A stretch of 55,779 nt of DNA. Source: an uncultured Marinobacter sp. (GTDB taxonomy: Bacteria; Pseudomonadota; Gammaproteobacteria; Pseudomonadales; Oleiphilaceae). The notes under the pieces were generated by a model. The model was not told the DNA's origin. It ran no database searches and saw nothing but the letters and a program-made list of their open reading frames with translations. The position numbers and the translations under genes were made by a program. The stretch spans positions 1 through 55,779 of the forward strand of contig CAYUTG010000001.1 in assembly GCA_964447555.1 (NCBI GenBank), in the 5' to 3' direction. Below, one piece after another: positions 18,144 through 28,470 of this stretch (positions are counted from its first letter, which is position 1; every line of letters begins with the position of its first letter).

Positions 18144-19085
18144 TTGATATTGGCTCCTTTCATGGTCTGCATTTTTGCTCTGGCTCTGGATTATTTTCTG
18201 GGTGAGCCTCGCCGTATGCACCCGGTTGTGGGGCTGGGGAGACTGGCTGCTGCGCTGGAAAAGAAGTTCAACAGCACTCCGGGCAATCCTCAGCGAAGTC
18301 TTATTGCCGGCATTTTAGCAGTGTTTCTGTTGGCGGTGCCTTTGCTGTGCCTGGCGATGTGGATGACTGCGATGCTGGAAGGGCTGTGGCTGGTATTTGC
18401 TCAGGCCACTGTGCTTTGGCTGGCACTGTCGCTACGGGGGCTGGCAGAGCATGGTCTGGCTGTTGCTCAGCCGTTACGGGAAGGTGATCTTGATACAGCC
18501 CGGGAACAGGTCAGCCGCATTGTCAGCCGACAGGCAAGTGCACTGGATGAACAGGGTGTAGCCGCCGCCGCAACTGAGTCTATGTTGGAAAATGGAGCGG
18601 ATGCCGTATTCGCCAGCCTGTTCTGGTTCCTGGTGGCAGGCATACCCGGTGTGGTATTACACCGTATAGTTAACACGCTGGATGCCATGTGGGGCTATCG
18701 CAATTCGAAATTTCTATATTTTGGTCGGGCTGCGGCACGGTTGGATGACCTTATGGGCTGGGTTCCAGCCCGGCTGACAGCGCTGACTTATATGTTGTTG
18801 GGAAATCGCAAACAAGCATGGTGGTGTTGGCAACATCAGGCACCACAATGGGACAGCCCCAACGCTGGCCCGGTTATGGCCGCAGGAGCAGGCGCTTTGA
18901 ATGTTCGCCTTGGTGGACCGTCGCCTTACCCCACCGGCATTAAACAGCGCCCGGTTCTTGGTGGTGTGCAGGGCGCGAGTGCAACCAGTGTTGAAGCTGC
19001 GATCACACTGGTGAAACACGGAGTCTGGTTGTGGCTTGGTTTTACTCTGGCGACTAACGCAATGATGTATATAGTGGCGCACTAA
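18144..19085 (+). CDS. cbiB: Adenosylcobinamide-phosphate synthase
   Basis: HPVVGLG, IVSR, ESMLENGAD, NTLDAMWGY, SPNAG. Start probably TTG 18144 or ATG 18162, not 17781. Confidence 0.92.
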   Translation: MILAPFMVCIFALALDYFLGEPRRMHPVVGLGRLAAALEKKFNSTPGNPQRSLIAGILAVFLLAVPLLCLAMWMTAMLEGLWLVFAQATVLWLALSLRGLAEHGLAVAQPLREGDLDTAREQVSRIVSRQASALDEQGVAAAATESMLENGADAVFASLFWFLVAGIPGVVLHRIVNTLDAMWGYRNSKFLYFGRAAARLDDLMGWVPARLTALTYMLLGNRKQAWWCWQHQAPQWDSPNAGPVMAAGAGALNVRLGGPSPYPTGIKQRPVLGGVQGASATSVEAAITLVKHGVWLWLGFTLATNAMMYIVAH

Positions 19086-19087
19086 AC

Positions 19088-20110
19088 ATGATGTTGGAAC
19101 ATGGCGGGCGGTTGAACGAAGCAGCAAAGCGCTGGGGCATTCCCCGCTCACAATGGCTGGATTTGTCGACGGGGATTAATCCCATTGGCTGGCCAGTGCC
19201 CGAGATACCGGTAGATGTGTGGCAAAGACTGCCAGAGCATGATGATGGTCTTGAGGATATGATCCGGGAGTGGTCGGGTGTGCATTCAGCGGCGGCCGTT
19301 GTGCCTGTACCGGGAAGCCAGGCTGCTATTATGGCATTGCCGGGCTTACGCAAACCTTGCCGGATTGGTATACCCGTACCGGGCTATCGTGAACATGGGC
19401 AAAGCTGGCGGGATGCCGGCCACACGGTTGTTGCTATCGGGCCAGAATACATAAACGGCGGTGCTTCAGGGTGCGACGAACGTTGGCTTGATCAGTTAGA
19501 TGTACTGGTATGGATCAATCCCAATAATCCCACTGGCCAGATAATTCCTCCTTCAACCTTGCTGCGCTGGCATAAGCGCCTGCAGCAACGGGACGGCTGG
19601 TTAATTGTGGATGAGGCATTTATGGATGCTACGCCGGCATTCAGCTTGTGTTCGGATGTTGGACTGCCGGGGCTGGTTGTACTTCGCTCGCTTGGGAAGT
19701 TCTTTGGCCTTGCGGGCGTGCGGGCCGGGGTGGTGTTTGCGGATGTTGAGGTGGCAGATTGTCTGAGAAGCACTTTGGGCCCCTGGCCGCTTAGTGGACC
19801 GGCTCGGTTTGTGATGATGCGTGCACTGGCGGATACCCATTGGCAAGATCAGAACCGGATTCGCCTGCAGCGGGATACCGGCAGGCTGACAGAGATATTA
19901 CACGCAGCGAAGCTGTCCGTGATGGGTGGTAGTGCGTTGTTTCAAACTGTGCGTACCAGGAATCCCTCGGTACTGGCTGATTCGCTTGCCGCTCACGGAA
20001 TTTTAGTCCGGATTTTTGAAAATCCCGGCATGCTGCGATTTGGTTTGGCGGCTCAAGAGTCCCACTGGCAAAGGCTTGAAGCGGTGCTGACTATAAACAC
20101 GTGTGATTAG
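19088..20110 (+). CDS. cobD: L-threonine-O-3-phosphate decarboxylase (PLP-dependent)
   Basis: EHGG, DLSTGINP, NPNNPTG, VDEAF, RSLGKFFGLAGVR; follows cbiB. Confidence 0.92.
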   Translation: MMLEHGGRLNEAAKRWGIPRSQWLDLSTGINPIGWPVPEIPVDVWQRLPEHDDGLEDMIREWSGVHSAAAVVPVPGSQAAIMALPGLRKPCRIGIPVPGYREHGQSWRDAGHTVVAIGPEYINGGASGCDERWLDQLDVLVWINPNNPTGQIIPPSTLLRWHKRLQQRDGWLIVDEAFMDATPAFSLCSDVGLPGLVVLRSLGKFFGLAGVRAGVVFADVEVADCLRSTLGPWPLSGPARFVMMRALADTHWQDQNRIRLQRDTGRLTEILHAAKLSVMGGSALFQTVRTRNPSVLADSLAAHGILVRIFENPGMLRFGLAAQESHWQRLEAVLTINTCD

Positions 20111-20149
20111 TCATTGACCAGACATTAACGCGTTGTTAGCCTTGCCTCG

Positions 20150-20372
20150 CGTTTGTAGGTGCTGCTTGTGGCGTAATCATCATCGCTATAACAGTGAAAC
20201 GGGAAGCCGGTTAAAGTCCGGCACTGCCCCCGCAACGGTAAGTGAGTGAACGGCGAAGATGGATGCCACTGTGCAACTGCATGGGAAGGCTTGCGCCGGT
20301 CAGCAATAGTAACTCACAAGTCCGGAGACCGGCCTGTAAACACACCGAACGCTGCGGAGGGCAGTTGCGGTG
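20150..20372 (+). ncRNA. Cobalamin (AdoCbl) riboswitch
   Basis: Conserved blocks AGGTG...AAACGGGAAGCCGG..AAAGTCCGGCACTGCCCCCGCAACGGTAA...GCCACTG...GGGAAGGC...AAGTCCGGAGACCGGCC. Downstream GCGGAGGGCA is complementary to the TGCCCCCGC block. Lies upstream of btuB. Confidence 0.95.
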
Positions 20373-20510
20373 GGTAAACACCGGCCTGTCTGACGGAATT
20401 TCCCCACCTTTTATAATGTTTTGATCTGGCTCATAGCCAATCCCTCTCCCTGCGCAGCATCTTGAAAATCAGCCATGCGGGTGCGCGTGGTGTGTCTGTG
20501 AGTGTGATTT

Positions 20511-22346
20511 ATGAAAGTCTCCCGGCTACTTGTCAGCAGTTTATGGGTTCCCTTTTCGCTTGCCCCTTTATCTTTTGCCGTCGCCCAGGAAAATCAGGTT
20601 TCAGAGATGGATCCCATTGTTGTTACCGCAACGCTTGGGCCAAAAACCGTTGGTGAAAGCCTGGCTTCTGTTACGGTGATTGATGAAGAGGATATCCGGA
20701 CAAAGTCGCCCGCAGATTTCACAGAGTTGCTGCGTGGGCAGCCAGGCGTCAACGTTGTTGGCAATGGCTCCTTCGGTAAATCGACCAGCGTATACACCCG
20801 CGGCGTCAAAAATGCCGGCACCGTCTTTTTGCTGGACGGTATAAAACTGCATTCGGCAACAGGTGGCGGGGCCTCCTGGCAGTTTGTGCCCACCGAACTC
20901 ATACAACGGGTAGAACTGGTGCGCGGCCCTCGTAGTTCTTTATACGGCGCAGATGCAATGGGTGGTGTAGTGCAGGCATTCACGCTGGATCCTCGTAGGG
21001 GTGAGCATGGTTGGGTAGAGTTGGGTGCCGGTAATTTCGACACACGAAAAGTCAGCGGTGGTGTGGCGGGCTCTCATGGTAATACCCGATACAGCCTGAG
21101 TGGTTTGCATAAAAAGACCGACGGCACTGCGATTGTTGAAGACGGTGAAGATCGTGGGTTTCGTAATACCGCCGGGGTCGGTCGCATTGCTCACACGTTC
21201 GACAATGGGGGCGAGGCCAATGTTGTGCTTCTGCGGTCGAAGGGCAATACAGAATATGAAGGTGGTAACGCCGATTATTTAATTCAGACTCTTGGCTTTG
21301 GACTGAACACACCCATCACTAAAAGCTGGCGAACCGGCCTGCAACTTGCAGAGTCCAGAGACGAATCCGACTCATTCGGGAACTTTGGAGATAGCACTTT
21401 CAATACCCGCACTCGTCAGGCCAGGTGGGAAAACACCCTGACCTACGATGTACACGAATGGGTTATTGGTGCCGAGTTGCAAAATGATGAAGTCAGCAGC
21501 ACAACCAATTTCGTGGAGACCAGCAGAACCAATAAGGCACTGTTTACCCAACTACGCCTCAATTTTGGCCCCGCCGATGTGCAGCTAAGCCTTCGTGGTG
21601 ATGACAACGAAGCTTACGGAAAGCAGGAAACGGGTGGCTTGGCACTGGGCTATAAGTTGGATCGCTCGCATCGGGTTCGTGCCAGTTTCGGTACTGCGTT
21701 CCGGGCACCTACCTTCAATGACCTTTATTTCCCGTTTACGGATTATGGCGGTGGCTTCCTTTATGAGGGCAACTCAGATTTGCAGCCAGAGAAATCAAAA
21801 AACTATGAGCTGGGCGTGAGTGGCAACTATCAGACCTGGTTCTGGGATCTGGCGGTTTACCAGATGGATGTGGAGAACCTGATCAGCTCTGGGATGATTG
21901 GTGGCGTGAGCACCAGCGTGAACATAGATGAAGCAAGAATTCGGGGTACAGAACTCGCTGTTGGTTATGAAACGGCCGGATGGCGCACCACTGTTGCGTT
22001 GACCTACATGGACCCGGAAGACCGGCAAACCGGTGATCAGCTAAGGCGGCGAACACGCCAGACAGCGCGAATTGATGTAGACAAGACCATCAATACATTT
22101 TCATTTGGCGGCTCTCTGATAGCAGAGGGTCATCGCTATGATAAGGCTGGAAATGTTGATCGGTTAGCCGGTTTTGGCACTTTGGATCTCCGTGCCAGCT
22201 GGAATTTCGCTCCCGACTGGAACGCCGGTATAACTCTGGCAAACGTGCTGGACAAAGAGTATTCGACAGCACAGCGATCGGCTACTCAGAACTACATTGC
22301 CGCGGGTCGCAACGGTATGCTGACCGTTCGCTATGATATTCGCTGA
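20511..22346 (+). CDS. btuB: TonB-dependent cobalamin receptor
   Basis: Signal peptide, TonB box (DPIVVTAT), plug RGPRSSLYGADAMGGVV, FRAPTFNDLY; downstream of the B12 riboswitch. Confidence 0.92.
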   Translation: MKVSRLLVSSLWVPFSLAPLSFAVAQENQVSEMDPIVVTATLGPKTVGESLASVTVIDEEDIRTKSPADFTELLRGQPGVNVVGNGSFGKSTSVYTRGVKNAGTVFLLDGIKLHSATGGGASWQFVPTELIQRVELVRGPRSSLYGADAMGGVVQAFTLDPRRGEHGWVELGAGNFDTRKVSGGVAGSHGNTRYSLSGLHKKTDGTAIVEDGEDRGFRNTAGVGRIAHTFDNGGEANVVLLRSKGNTEYEGGNADYLIQTLGFGLNTPITKSWRTGLQLAESRDESDSFGNFGDSTFNTRTRQARWENTLTYDVHEWVIGAELQNDEVSSTTNFVETSRTNKALFTQLRLNFGPADVQLSLRGDDNEAYGKQETGGLALGYKLDRSHRVRASFGTAFRAPTFNDLYFPFTDYGGGFLYEGNSDLQPEKSKNYELGVSGNYQTWFWDLAVYQMDVENLISSGMIGGVSTSVNIDEARIRGTELAVGYETAGWRTTVALTYMDPEDRQTGDQLRRRTRQTARIDVDKTINTFSFGGSLIAEGHRYDKAGNVDRLAGFGTLDLRASWNFAPDWNAGITLANVLDKEYSTAQRSATQNYIAAGRNGMLTVRYDIR

Positions 22347-22359
22347 ATCCGGGGGCTGA

Positions 22360-23256
22360 GTGATGATTTTCTGGCCGGTTAAGGTGCTGTTTTGCGCTCT
22401 CCTGCTTGTGCCAGCGGTAGCATGGGCGCAAGTGTGTGCTGAAGATGGAAATGGCACTCAAGTGTGCCTGCCGGGACCGGCCCAGCGAATTGCCACTTTG
22501 TCGCCCGGAGCCACAGAGTTGATGTGGGCTGCCGGTGGAGGTAGCCGGGTGGTTGCCGTGGTTGCTTATAGTGATTATCCGCCAGAGGCCACAAAAGTGG
22601 CTTCGGTTGGCAACCATACCCGGATGGATCTGGAAAAACTGATCAGCCTGAAGCCGGATCTGGTAGTAGGCTGGCAGAGCGGTAATCCAACGGCACAGAT
22701 GGATATGCTTCGACAGTTAGGGTTCCCTGTGTTCATGATTGAGCCCCGTACATTTGAGCAGGTATCTACCACCATCGAGCGTTTATCTGTGCTTGCCGGT
22801 ACAGAATCTGTCGGATACCCCGTGGCTCAGAAATTTCGGGATGGCATCCATAAACTTGCAGAAACCTACAAAGATGCAGAGCCAGTGCGGGTGTTTTACC
22901 AAGTGTGGAAAGACCCACTCATTACTCTGAATGACAAACACCTGATTGGCCGCGCGATTACCTTGTGTGGTGGCGTTAATGTGTTTGGTGAGCTGGAACG
23001 ATTGGCTCCCAGAGTGAACCTGGAAGCGGTACTGACGAAAGATCCGGAAGCCATTATGGTGGGCGGTCTTGGTGAGGAAAACCGGGACTGGGTAGACGAC
23101 TGGAAAGCTTACCCTGAAATGACGGCGGTTCGGGAGCATCACCTGTTTTTTATTCCACCCTCCCTGTTTCAAAGACCAACACCGAGAATGCTGGATGGCA
23201 CCCGCATGGCGTGTGAAAAGCTGGAACAGGTGCGCAAGGCACGAGAGGCGCATTAA
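22360..23256 (+). CDS. btuF: Periplasmic cobalamin-binding protein
   Basis: RIATLSPGATEL, YSDYPPEA, LKPDLV, QRPTPR. Confidence 0.9.
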   Translation: MMIFWPVKVLFCALLLVPAVAWAQVCAEDGNGTQVCLPGPAQRIATLSPGATELMWAAGGGSRVVAVVAYSDYPPEATKVASVGNHTRMDLEKLISLKPDLVVGWQSGNPTAQMDMLRQLGFPVFMIEPRTFEQVSTTIERLSVLAGTESVGYPVAQKFRDGIHKLAETYKDAEPVRVFYQVWKDPLITLNDKHLIGRAITLCGGVNVFGELERLAPRVNLEAVLTKDPEAIMVGGLGEENRDWVDDWKAYPEMTAVREHHLFFIPPSLFQRPTPRMLDGTRMACEKLEQVRKAREAH

Positions 23257-24234
23257 ATGGCGCTATTCAGGGCATTCTATAAGCCAATGCTGGCACTTCT
23301 GATCGCCAGTGTTGCGGCTCTGATGCTGTCCGTTGCGGTTGGTAGCATTGCTCTTTCGCCTTCCGATATTTTTCAGGTTCTGATCGGCGGTGGTGAGCCG
23401 CTGCATCAGACGCTGGTTCTGGACTTGCGCATACCTCGCAGCCTGGCGGCGTTTGGCACCGGCGGTTTGCTGGCAGTAGCCGGAGCACTTATGCAGATAT
23501 TGCTGCGTAATCCGCTGGCAGACCCCTACATACTGGGGATTTCAGGCGGTGCATCTGTGGGTGCCTTACTGGCGATGCTGGCGGGGGTCGCCAGCATTCT
23601 GGTCTCTGGTGCCGCACTTGGGGGCGCTCTGTTTGCAACCATGCTGGTGTTTGGCCTGGCCCACGGTTCGGGTAGCTGGGCACCGTCCCGATTATTACTG
23701 ACAGGTGTGGTTGTGGCTTCTGGCTGGGGTGCAATCATCACCCTGATGCTGGCAGTGGCACCTACGCGCCACTTACCTGGCATGCTTTACTGGTTGATGG
23801 GCGATGTTTCATACGCTGCCAGCCCCTGGCCGGCGTTTGTACTTCTGGTCATAGCTTGCCTTATCATCATGCCTCTGGGGCGTTCCCTGAACGTACTTGC
23901 GCGTGGGCCTATGCAGGCAGCGGCGTTGGGGGTTTCCGTGCGGCCTATGGAATGGCTGATCTACCTGTTGGCAAGCCTGCTTACGGCTACTGCGGTAACA
24001 ACGGCAGGCAGTATCGGGTTTGTTGGGTTGATTGTGCCCCACATGCTGCGGTTGGTACTGGGTAACGATCAACGGCTAATATTACCCGCGTGCGCTCTGG
24101 CCGGCGGCACTTTGTTGGTGTTAGCGGATACTCTCGCACGAATAGTAATTGCGCCAGAGCAGCTGCCCGTCGGCGTGATAACGGCCTTGCTGGGCGTGCC
24201 TACCTTTCTTTACTTGTTATACCGGAGTCGCTGA
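23257..24234 (+). CDS. btuC: FecCD-family ABC permease (cobalamin)
   Basis: LRIPR, LRNPLADPYILGISGGA, GSIGFVGLIVPH, LPVGVITALLG; context supports B12 import. Confidence 0.88.
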   Translation: MALFRAFYKPMLALLIASVAALMLSVAVGSIALSPSDIFQVLIGGGEPLHQTLVLDLRIPRSLAAFGTGGLLAVAGALMQILLRNPLADPYILGISGGASVGALLAMLAGVASILVSGAALGGALFATMLVFGLAHGSGSWAPSRLLLTGVVVASGWGAIITLMLAVAPTRHLPGMLYWLMGDVSYAASPWPAFVLLVIACLIIMPLGRSLNVLARGPMQAAALGVSVRPMEWLIYLLASLLTATAVTTAGSIGFVGLIVPHMLRLVLGNDQRLILPACALAGGTLLVLADTLARIVIAPEQLPVGVITALLGVPTFLYLLYRSR

Positions 24235-25040
24235 TGAGCATCACCAGAGACACGGAGCAGCAAGTATTGGCAACTCACGATCTGGTGATCGACATTCCCG
24301 AGCGGGCGAGTGGTTCCGCCCTGAACCTGACTATCAACCCTGGCGAAATCTGGGGTGTTCTGGGGCCAAATGGTGCCGGAAAAACCACGCTGTTGCACAC
24401 GCTGGCAGGATTACATGCACCCCGTCGTGGTCATATAGAATTAGGCAGCCAGCCGGTTCTGGCCCTGAAGCGCAAAGCAGTCTCACAGCAAATGGGTGTG
24501 GTGTTTCAGGACCGGCAAGATGGCTTTCCCGCGACCGTGCTTGAAACGGCCCTTATCGGCCGTCATCCCTGGTTGTCACCATGGCAGATGGAAAGCGGTG
24601 AAGATTTGGCCATTGCAGAACAGGCGCTGGCGCAATTGAATGTGCTTCATCTCAAAGACCGGCTTGTCAGCACCTTGTCTGGTGGCGAACGCCAGCGAGT
24701 GGCCATTGCTACCTTGATGACACAAGCGCCCCATACCTGGCTGCTGGATGAGCCCACCAACCATCTGGATTTACACCATCAGGTATCGGTCATGGCATTG
24801 CTCACCAAGCAGGCCCGGGCGGGGCGCGCCGTATTTATGTGCCTGCATGAACTGAATCTGGCTGCCCGATGGTGTGATCATATTTTGCTGATGTATCCCG
24901 ATGGCGAAGCCTGCTGGGGGCCGGCCGAGGCCATGTTGGTCCCTTCAGCGCTTGAGCGGCTTTATGACCAGAAACTCATGACTGTTGATGTCGATGGTGC
25001 GCCTGTGTTTGTCCCCGTGCGCTCCGGCCTGAATCCCTGA
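24234..25040 (+). CDS. btuD: ABC transporter ATP-binding subunit (cobalamin)
   Basis: GPNGAGKT, LSGGERQR, LLDEPTNHLD. ATG 24234 overlaps the btuC stop. Confidence 0.88.
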   Translation: MSITRDTEQQVLATHDLVIDIPERASGSALNLTINPGEIWGVLGPNGAGKTTLLHTLAGLHAPRRGHIELGSQPVLALKRKAVSQQMGVVFQDRQDGFPATVLETALIGRHPWLSPWQMESGEDLAIAEQALAQLNVLHLKDRLVSTLSGGERQRVAIATLMTQAPHTWLLDEPTNHLDLHHQVSVMALLTKQARAGRAVFMCLHELNLAARWCDHILLMYPDGEACWGPAEAMLVPSALERLYDQKLMTVDVDGAPVFVPVRSGLNP

Positions 25041-25053
25041 AAATGGTGAACCG

Positions 25054-26382
25054 ATGAGTGTGAACGTACCGGCAGTATTGATCACCGCGCCCGCCTCCGG
25101 GCAGGGGAAATCCATGGTGACGGCGGCACTCGCCCGTTTACATCGGAATGCCGGGCGTAGTGTGCGGGTATTCAAACACGGCCCGGACTATCTCGATCCG
25201 ATGGTGCTGGAAGTTGCATCTGGCCAGCCGGTGTACCAATTGCACCCATGGATGACCGGCGAACATGAATGCCGGTGGCGGTTGGCAGAAGCAGCCAAAC
25301 ATGCCGATCTTATTTTGATTGAAGGCTCTATGGGGCTCTTTGACGGCGATCCGTCCAGCGCTGATCTTGCCAAATTATTGGGTATTCCTGCCCTGCCGGT
25401 CATTGATGCGGGAGGCATGGCGCAAACGTTCGGTGCTCTTGTACTGGGCCTTGCCAGTTTTGATCCTGAATTGTCTGTGTATCAGGTAATTGCCAACAAA
25501 ATCGGCAGTCCACGCCATGGCGACATGCTGAAGGAAGGCTTGCCAGAGGGGATAAGCCTGCTGGGCGCTATCCCCAGAAATGACGCCATGGATATTCCGG
25601 ACCGCCACCTTGGCTTACTACAGCCCGCGGAACTGGAAAACCTGGATCAGCAACTGGACCAGGCCGCTGAAGTGCTCAAAGCCGCGGGGCTTGATGCAAT
25701 GCCGAAAGCGGTAACTATTGCACCGGCTGAACCCGACAAACACACGGCCTTGTTGTCTGGTGTGCGCATTGCCATTGCCCGCGATCTTGCCTTCAGTTTT
25801 ATCTACCGCGCGAACACAGAGTTGCTTCTGGCCATGGGCGCAGAGCTGCATTATTTTTCGCCCCTGGCCGATTCGCAATTGCCGCCTGCAGATGCGCTAT
25901 GGCTTCCGGGTGGTTATCCCGAACTTCATGGCGATACGTTAGCAAACAACATTGCTATGGCTGAGGCGATCCGGGCCTTTTTTTATTCAGGCAAGCCGAT
26001 TCTGGCGGAATGCGGTGGCCTGATGGCTTGTGCCGAGACGTTGTCTGATAAGGACGGGATTGCTCATCAACTGTGGGGCTTGCTGCCTGGCCATACTGCA
26101 ATCGCAAAGCGTCTTCAGGGTATTGGTCTGCAAAGCCTGAATGCAGAACATGGCGAGCTACGGGGTCACACCTTTCACCGCTCCACATTGGACACTCCCC
26201 GGCAGCCGGCGACCCACACTCAAAAGCAAGCGGGTACTGATGGTGAAGCCGTTTTTTGTGATAAAGGGCTGGTCGGCAGCTATTTCCACGGTTACTTCCC
26301 ATCCGCACCAAAACTTATTGCCGCTGTTTTCCAGGGCCAACCGCTGACATTCAATAATGACAAGGAGAAACTTCATGCGTGA
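25054..26382 (+). CDS. cobB: Cobyrinate a,c-diamide synthase
   Basis: SGQGKS, FKHGPDYLDP, EGSMGLFDG, RHLGL, GGYPEL, AECGG. Confidence 0.93.
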   Translation: MSVNVPAVLITAPASGQGKSMVTAALARLHRNAGRSVRVFKHGPDYLDPMVLEVASGQPVYQLHPWMTGEHECRWRLAEAAKHADLILIEGSMGLFDGDPSSADLAKLLGIPALPVIDAGGMAQTFGALVLGLASFDPELSVYQVIANKIGSPRHGDMLKEGLPEGISLLGAIPRNDAMDIPDRHLGLLQPAELENLDQQLDQAAEVLKAAGLDAMPKAVTIAPAEPDKHTALLSGVRIAIARDLAFSFIYRANTELLLAMGAELHYFSPLADSQLPPADALWLPGGYPELHGDTLANNIAMAEAIRAFFYSGKPILAECGGLMACAETLSDKDGIAHQLWGLLPGHTAIAKRLQGIGLQSLNAEHGELRGHTFHRSTLDTPRQPATHTQKQAGTDGEAVFCDKGLVGSYFHGYFPSAPKLIAAVFQGQPLTFNNDKEKLHA

Positions 26383-26986
26383 ACGCGCAAAAGACCCGGA
26401 ACGCCACGCCAAGCGCATGGCCGCCAAACAAAAGATAATGCACGAACGCATAGCCAATGCTCAGAAAGAGCAGGGCATACTGCTGGTACTGACCGGTCCG
26501 GGCAAAGGCAAAAGCAGCTCTGGTTTTGGCATGGTGGCCCGTTCTTTAGGGCACGGCATGAAAGTAGGCATCGTGCAGTTCATCAAAGGCGCATTCAGTA
26601 CCGGTGAAGAAGCCTTTTTCCGCGATCTGCCCAATGTGGATTACCACGTCATGGGGCAGGGCTACACCTGGGAGACTCAGGATCGGAAAAATGACGTGGC
26701 CTCTGCCAATGCTGCGTGGGATATCGTTGCCGGCATGTTGAAAGACGACAGTTATGATTTAATCCTGCTGGACGAGCTGAACATTGCGCTGAAGTACGAT
26801 TACATTGATCTGGATCGGGTGCTGGACGACCTGCAGGCCCGCCCTGAGATGCAGCATGTAGTGGTCACCGGCCGTAATGCTCCGCAGGAACTGATCGATA
26901 TCGCCGATACTGTGACCGAAATGGGTGTTGTAAAGCACGCCTTCAAAGATCAGGGCATCAAGGCTCAGAAGGGTGTCGAGCTCTAA
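26375..26986 (+). CDS. cobO: Cob(I)yrinic acid a,c-diamide adenosyltransferase (CobO/BtuR)
   Basis: TGPGKGKSS, QFIKG, LDELN, TGR, KHAF. ATG 26375 with AAGGAG RBS. Confidence 0.95.
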   Translation: MRERAKDPERHAKRMAAKQKIMHERIANAQKEQGILLVLTGPGKGKSSSGFGMVARSLGHGMKVGIVQFIKGAFSTGEEAFFRDLPNVDYHVMGQGYTWETQDRKNDVASANAAWDIVAGMLKDDSYDLILLDELNIALKYDYIDLDRVLDDLQARPEMQHVVVTGRNAPQELIDIADTVTEMGVVKHAFKDQGIKAQKGVEL

Positions 26987-26989
26987 ACC

Positions 26990-28456
26990 ATGACCACACT
27001 GATGATTCAGGGCACCACCTCCGATGCCGGTAAAACCACTGTTGTTGCGGCCCTGTGCCGCTGGCTGGCCCGGCAGGGAGTATCGGTGGCACCGTTCAAG
27101 TCCCAGAACATGGCTCTGAACAGCGCTGTTACTGTCGATGGTGGTGAGATCGGCCGGTCTACGGCATTGCAGGCACTGGCCTGTGGCCTTGAACCCCACA
27201 GTGATATGAATCCGGTGCTGCTGAAGCCGCAAAGCGACTGTGGTGCCCAGGTTATTCTGCGTGGCCAGGTGCATGGCAACATGCATGCGCTGGATTATCA
27301 TGCCTACAAGGCTGAAGCCATGCAGGCCGTTATGGCGGCATGGCAGGCGCTCAGTAAACGGTACGATGTGATCATTGCGGAAGGTGCCGGAAGCCCTGCG
27401 GAAATTAATCTGCGTACCAACGATATTGCCAACATGGGTTTCGCTGAAGCGGCAGACTGCCCGGTGTTATTGGTAGGTGACATTGACCGTGGTGGCGTGT
27501 TTGCTCAACTGGTCGGTACGCTGGAGCTGATTTCAGACAGTGAGCGTGCGCGTACCAAAGGTTTTATCATCAACCGGTTTCGGGGCGATATTGGTTTGCT
27601 GGAACCGGGTCTGGACTGGTTGACGGAACGAACCGGCAAGCCGGTTATCGGCGTGCTTCCTTATCTCCACGGGCTGATTGTCGATTCCGAAGACAGTATT
27701 GGCACCAGTGGGACCAGCGAGGCGGGTGCGCTGAACGTGATTGTGCCCGTGCTGCCGCGCATCAGCAATCACAACGATTTTGATCCCTTGCGCCTGCACC
27801 CAGGTGTAAACCTGCAGTTCATCGGCCCGGATCAACCCATTCCGGCGGCCGACCTGATCATCCTGCCTGGCAGTAAAAGTACCCGTGCTGATCTTGAGTG
27901 GCTGAAAAAACAGGGCTGGCCCGCGGCTATTGAGCGGCACCTTCGTTACGGTGGCCGGGTTTTTGGTATCTGTGGTGGTTTCCAGATGCTGGGCGAGGCG
28001 GTGGATGACCCGACAGGGTTAGAGGGCGAACCGGGTTCAACATCAGGGCTCAATTTGCTACCTATGCGCACGGGGATGGTGGCCGGAAAACAGTTGCGTG
28101 ACGTGTCTGGCGTTACAAAAATAGCCGGTTATGAAAGCGCTTACCTCCACGGCTATGAGATGCACAATGGCATCTCAGAAGGGCCTGCGCTGGCCCGGCC
28201 TTTCGCGAGTCTGGAGGGCCGCCCGGATGGCGCGGTCAGCACCGATGGTCAGGTAATGGGCACGTACGTACACGGTGTTTTTGACGGGCCAGAGGCTTGC
28301 GACGCCCTATTAAATTGGGCGGGGCTGGCAAAAGGCACCTCAGCGGTAGATTATCAGCAGCACCGCCTGTTGCAGCTAGACCGGCTGGCGGATCAGGTCG
28401 AGGCCTACCTTGACACTGAGTGGCTAAGAGATCTATTGCTAATCTCTAAACCGTAA
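26990..28456 (+). CDS. cobQ: Cobyric acid synthase
   Basis: [54 protein letters not shown]. Confidence 0.96.
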   Translation: MTTLMIQGTTSDAGKTTVVAALCRWLARQGVSVAPFKSQNMALNSAVTVDGGEIGRSTALQALACGLEPHSDMNPVLLKPQSDCGAQVILRGQVHGNMHALDYHAYKAEAMQAVMAAWQALSKRYDVIIAEGAGSPAEINLRTNDIANMGFAEAADCPVLLVGDIDRGGVFAQLVGTLELISDSERARTKGFIINRFRGDIGLLEPGLDWLTERTGKPVIGVLPYLHGLIVDSEDSIGTSGTSEAGALNVIVPVLPRISNHNDFDPLRLHPGVNLQFIGPDQPIPAADLIILPGSKSTRADLEWLKKQGWPAAIERHLRYGGRVFGICGGFQMLGEAVDDPTGLEGEPGSTSGLNLLPMRTGMVAGKQLRDVSGVTKIAGYESAYLHGYEMHNGISEGPALARPFASLEGRPDGAVSTDGQVMGTYVHGVFDGPEACDALLNWAGLAKGTSAVDYQQHRLLQLDRLADQVEAYLDTEWLRDLLLISKP

Positions 28457-28470
28457 ATTGTGAGGCCGCT

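Noticed and set aside
20328-20389. 10-bp direct repeat ACCGGCCTGT (20328-20337 and 20380-20389) in the btuB leader as an insertion target duplication or array
   Set aside because: Only two copies, no mobile element between them, and they lie within the riboswitch and its expression platform.
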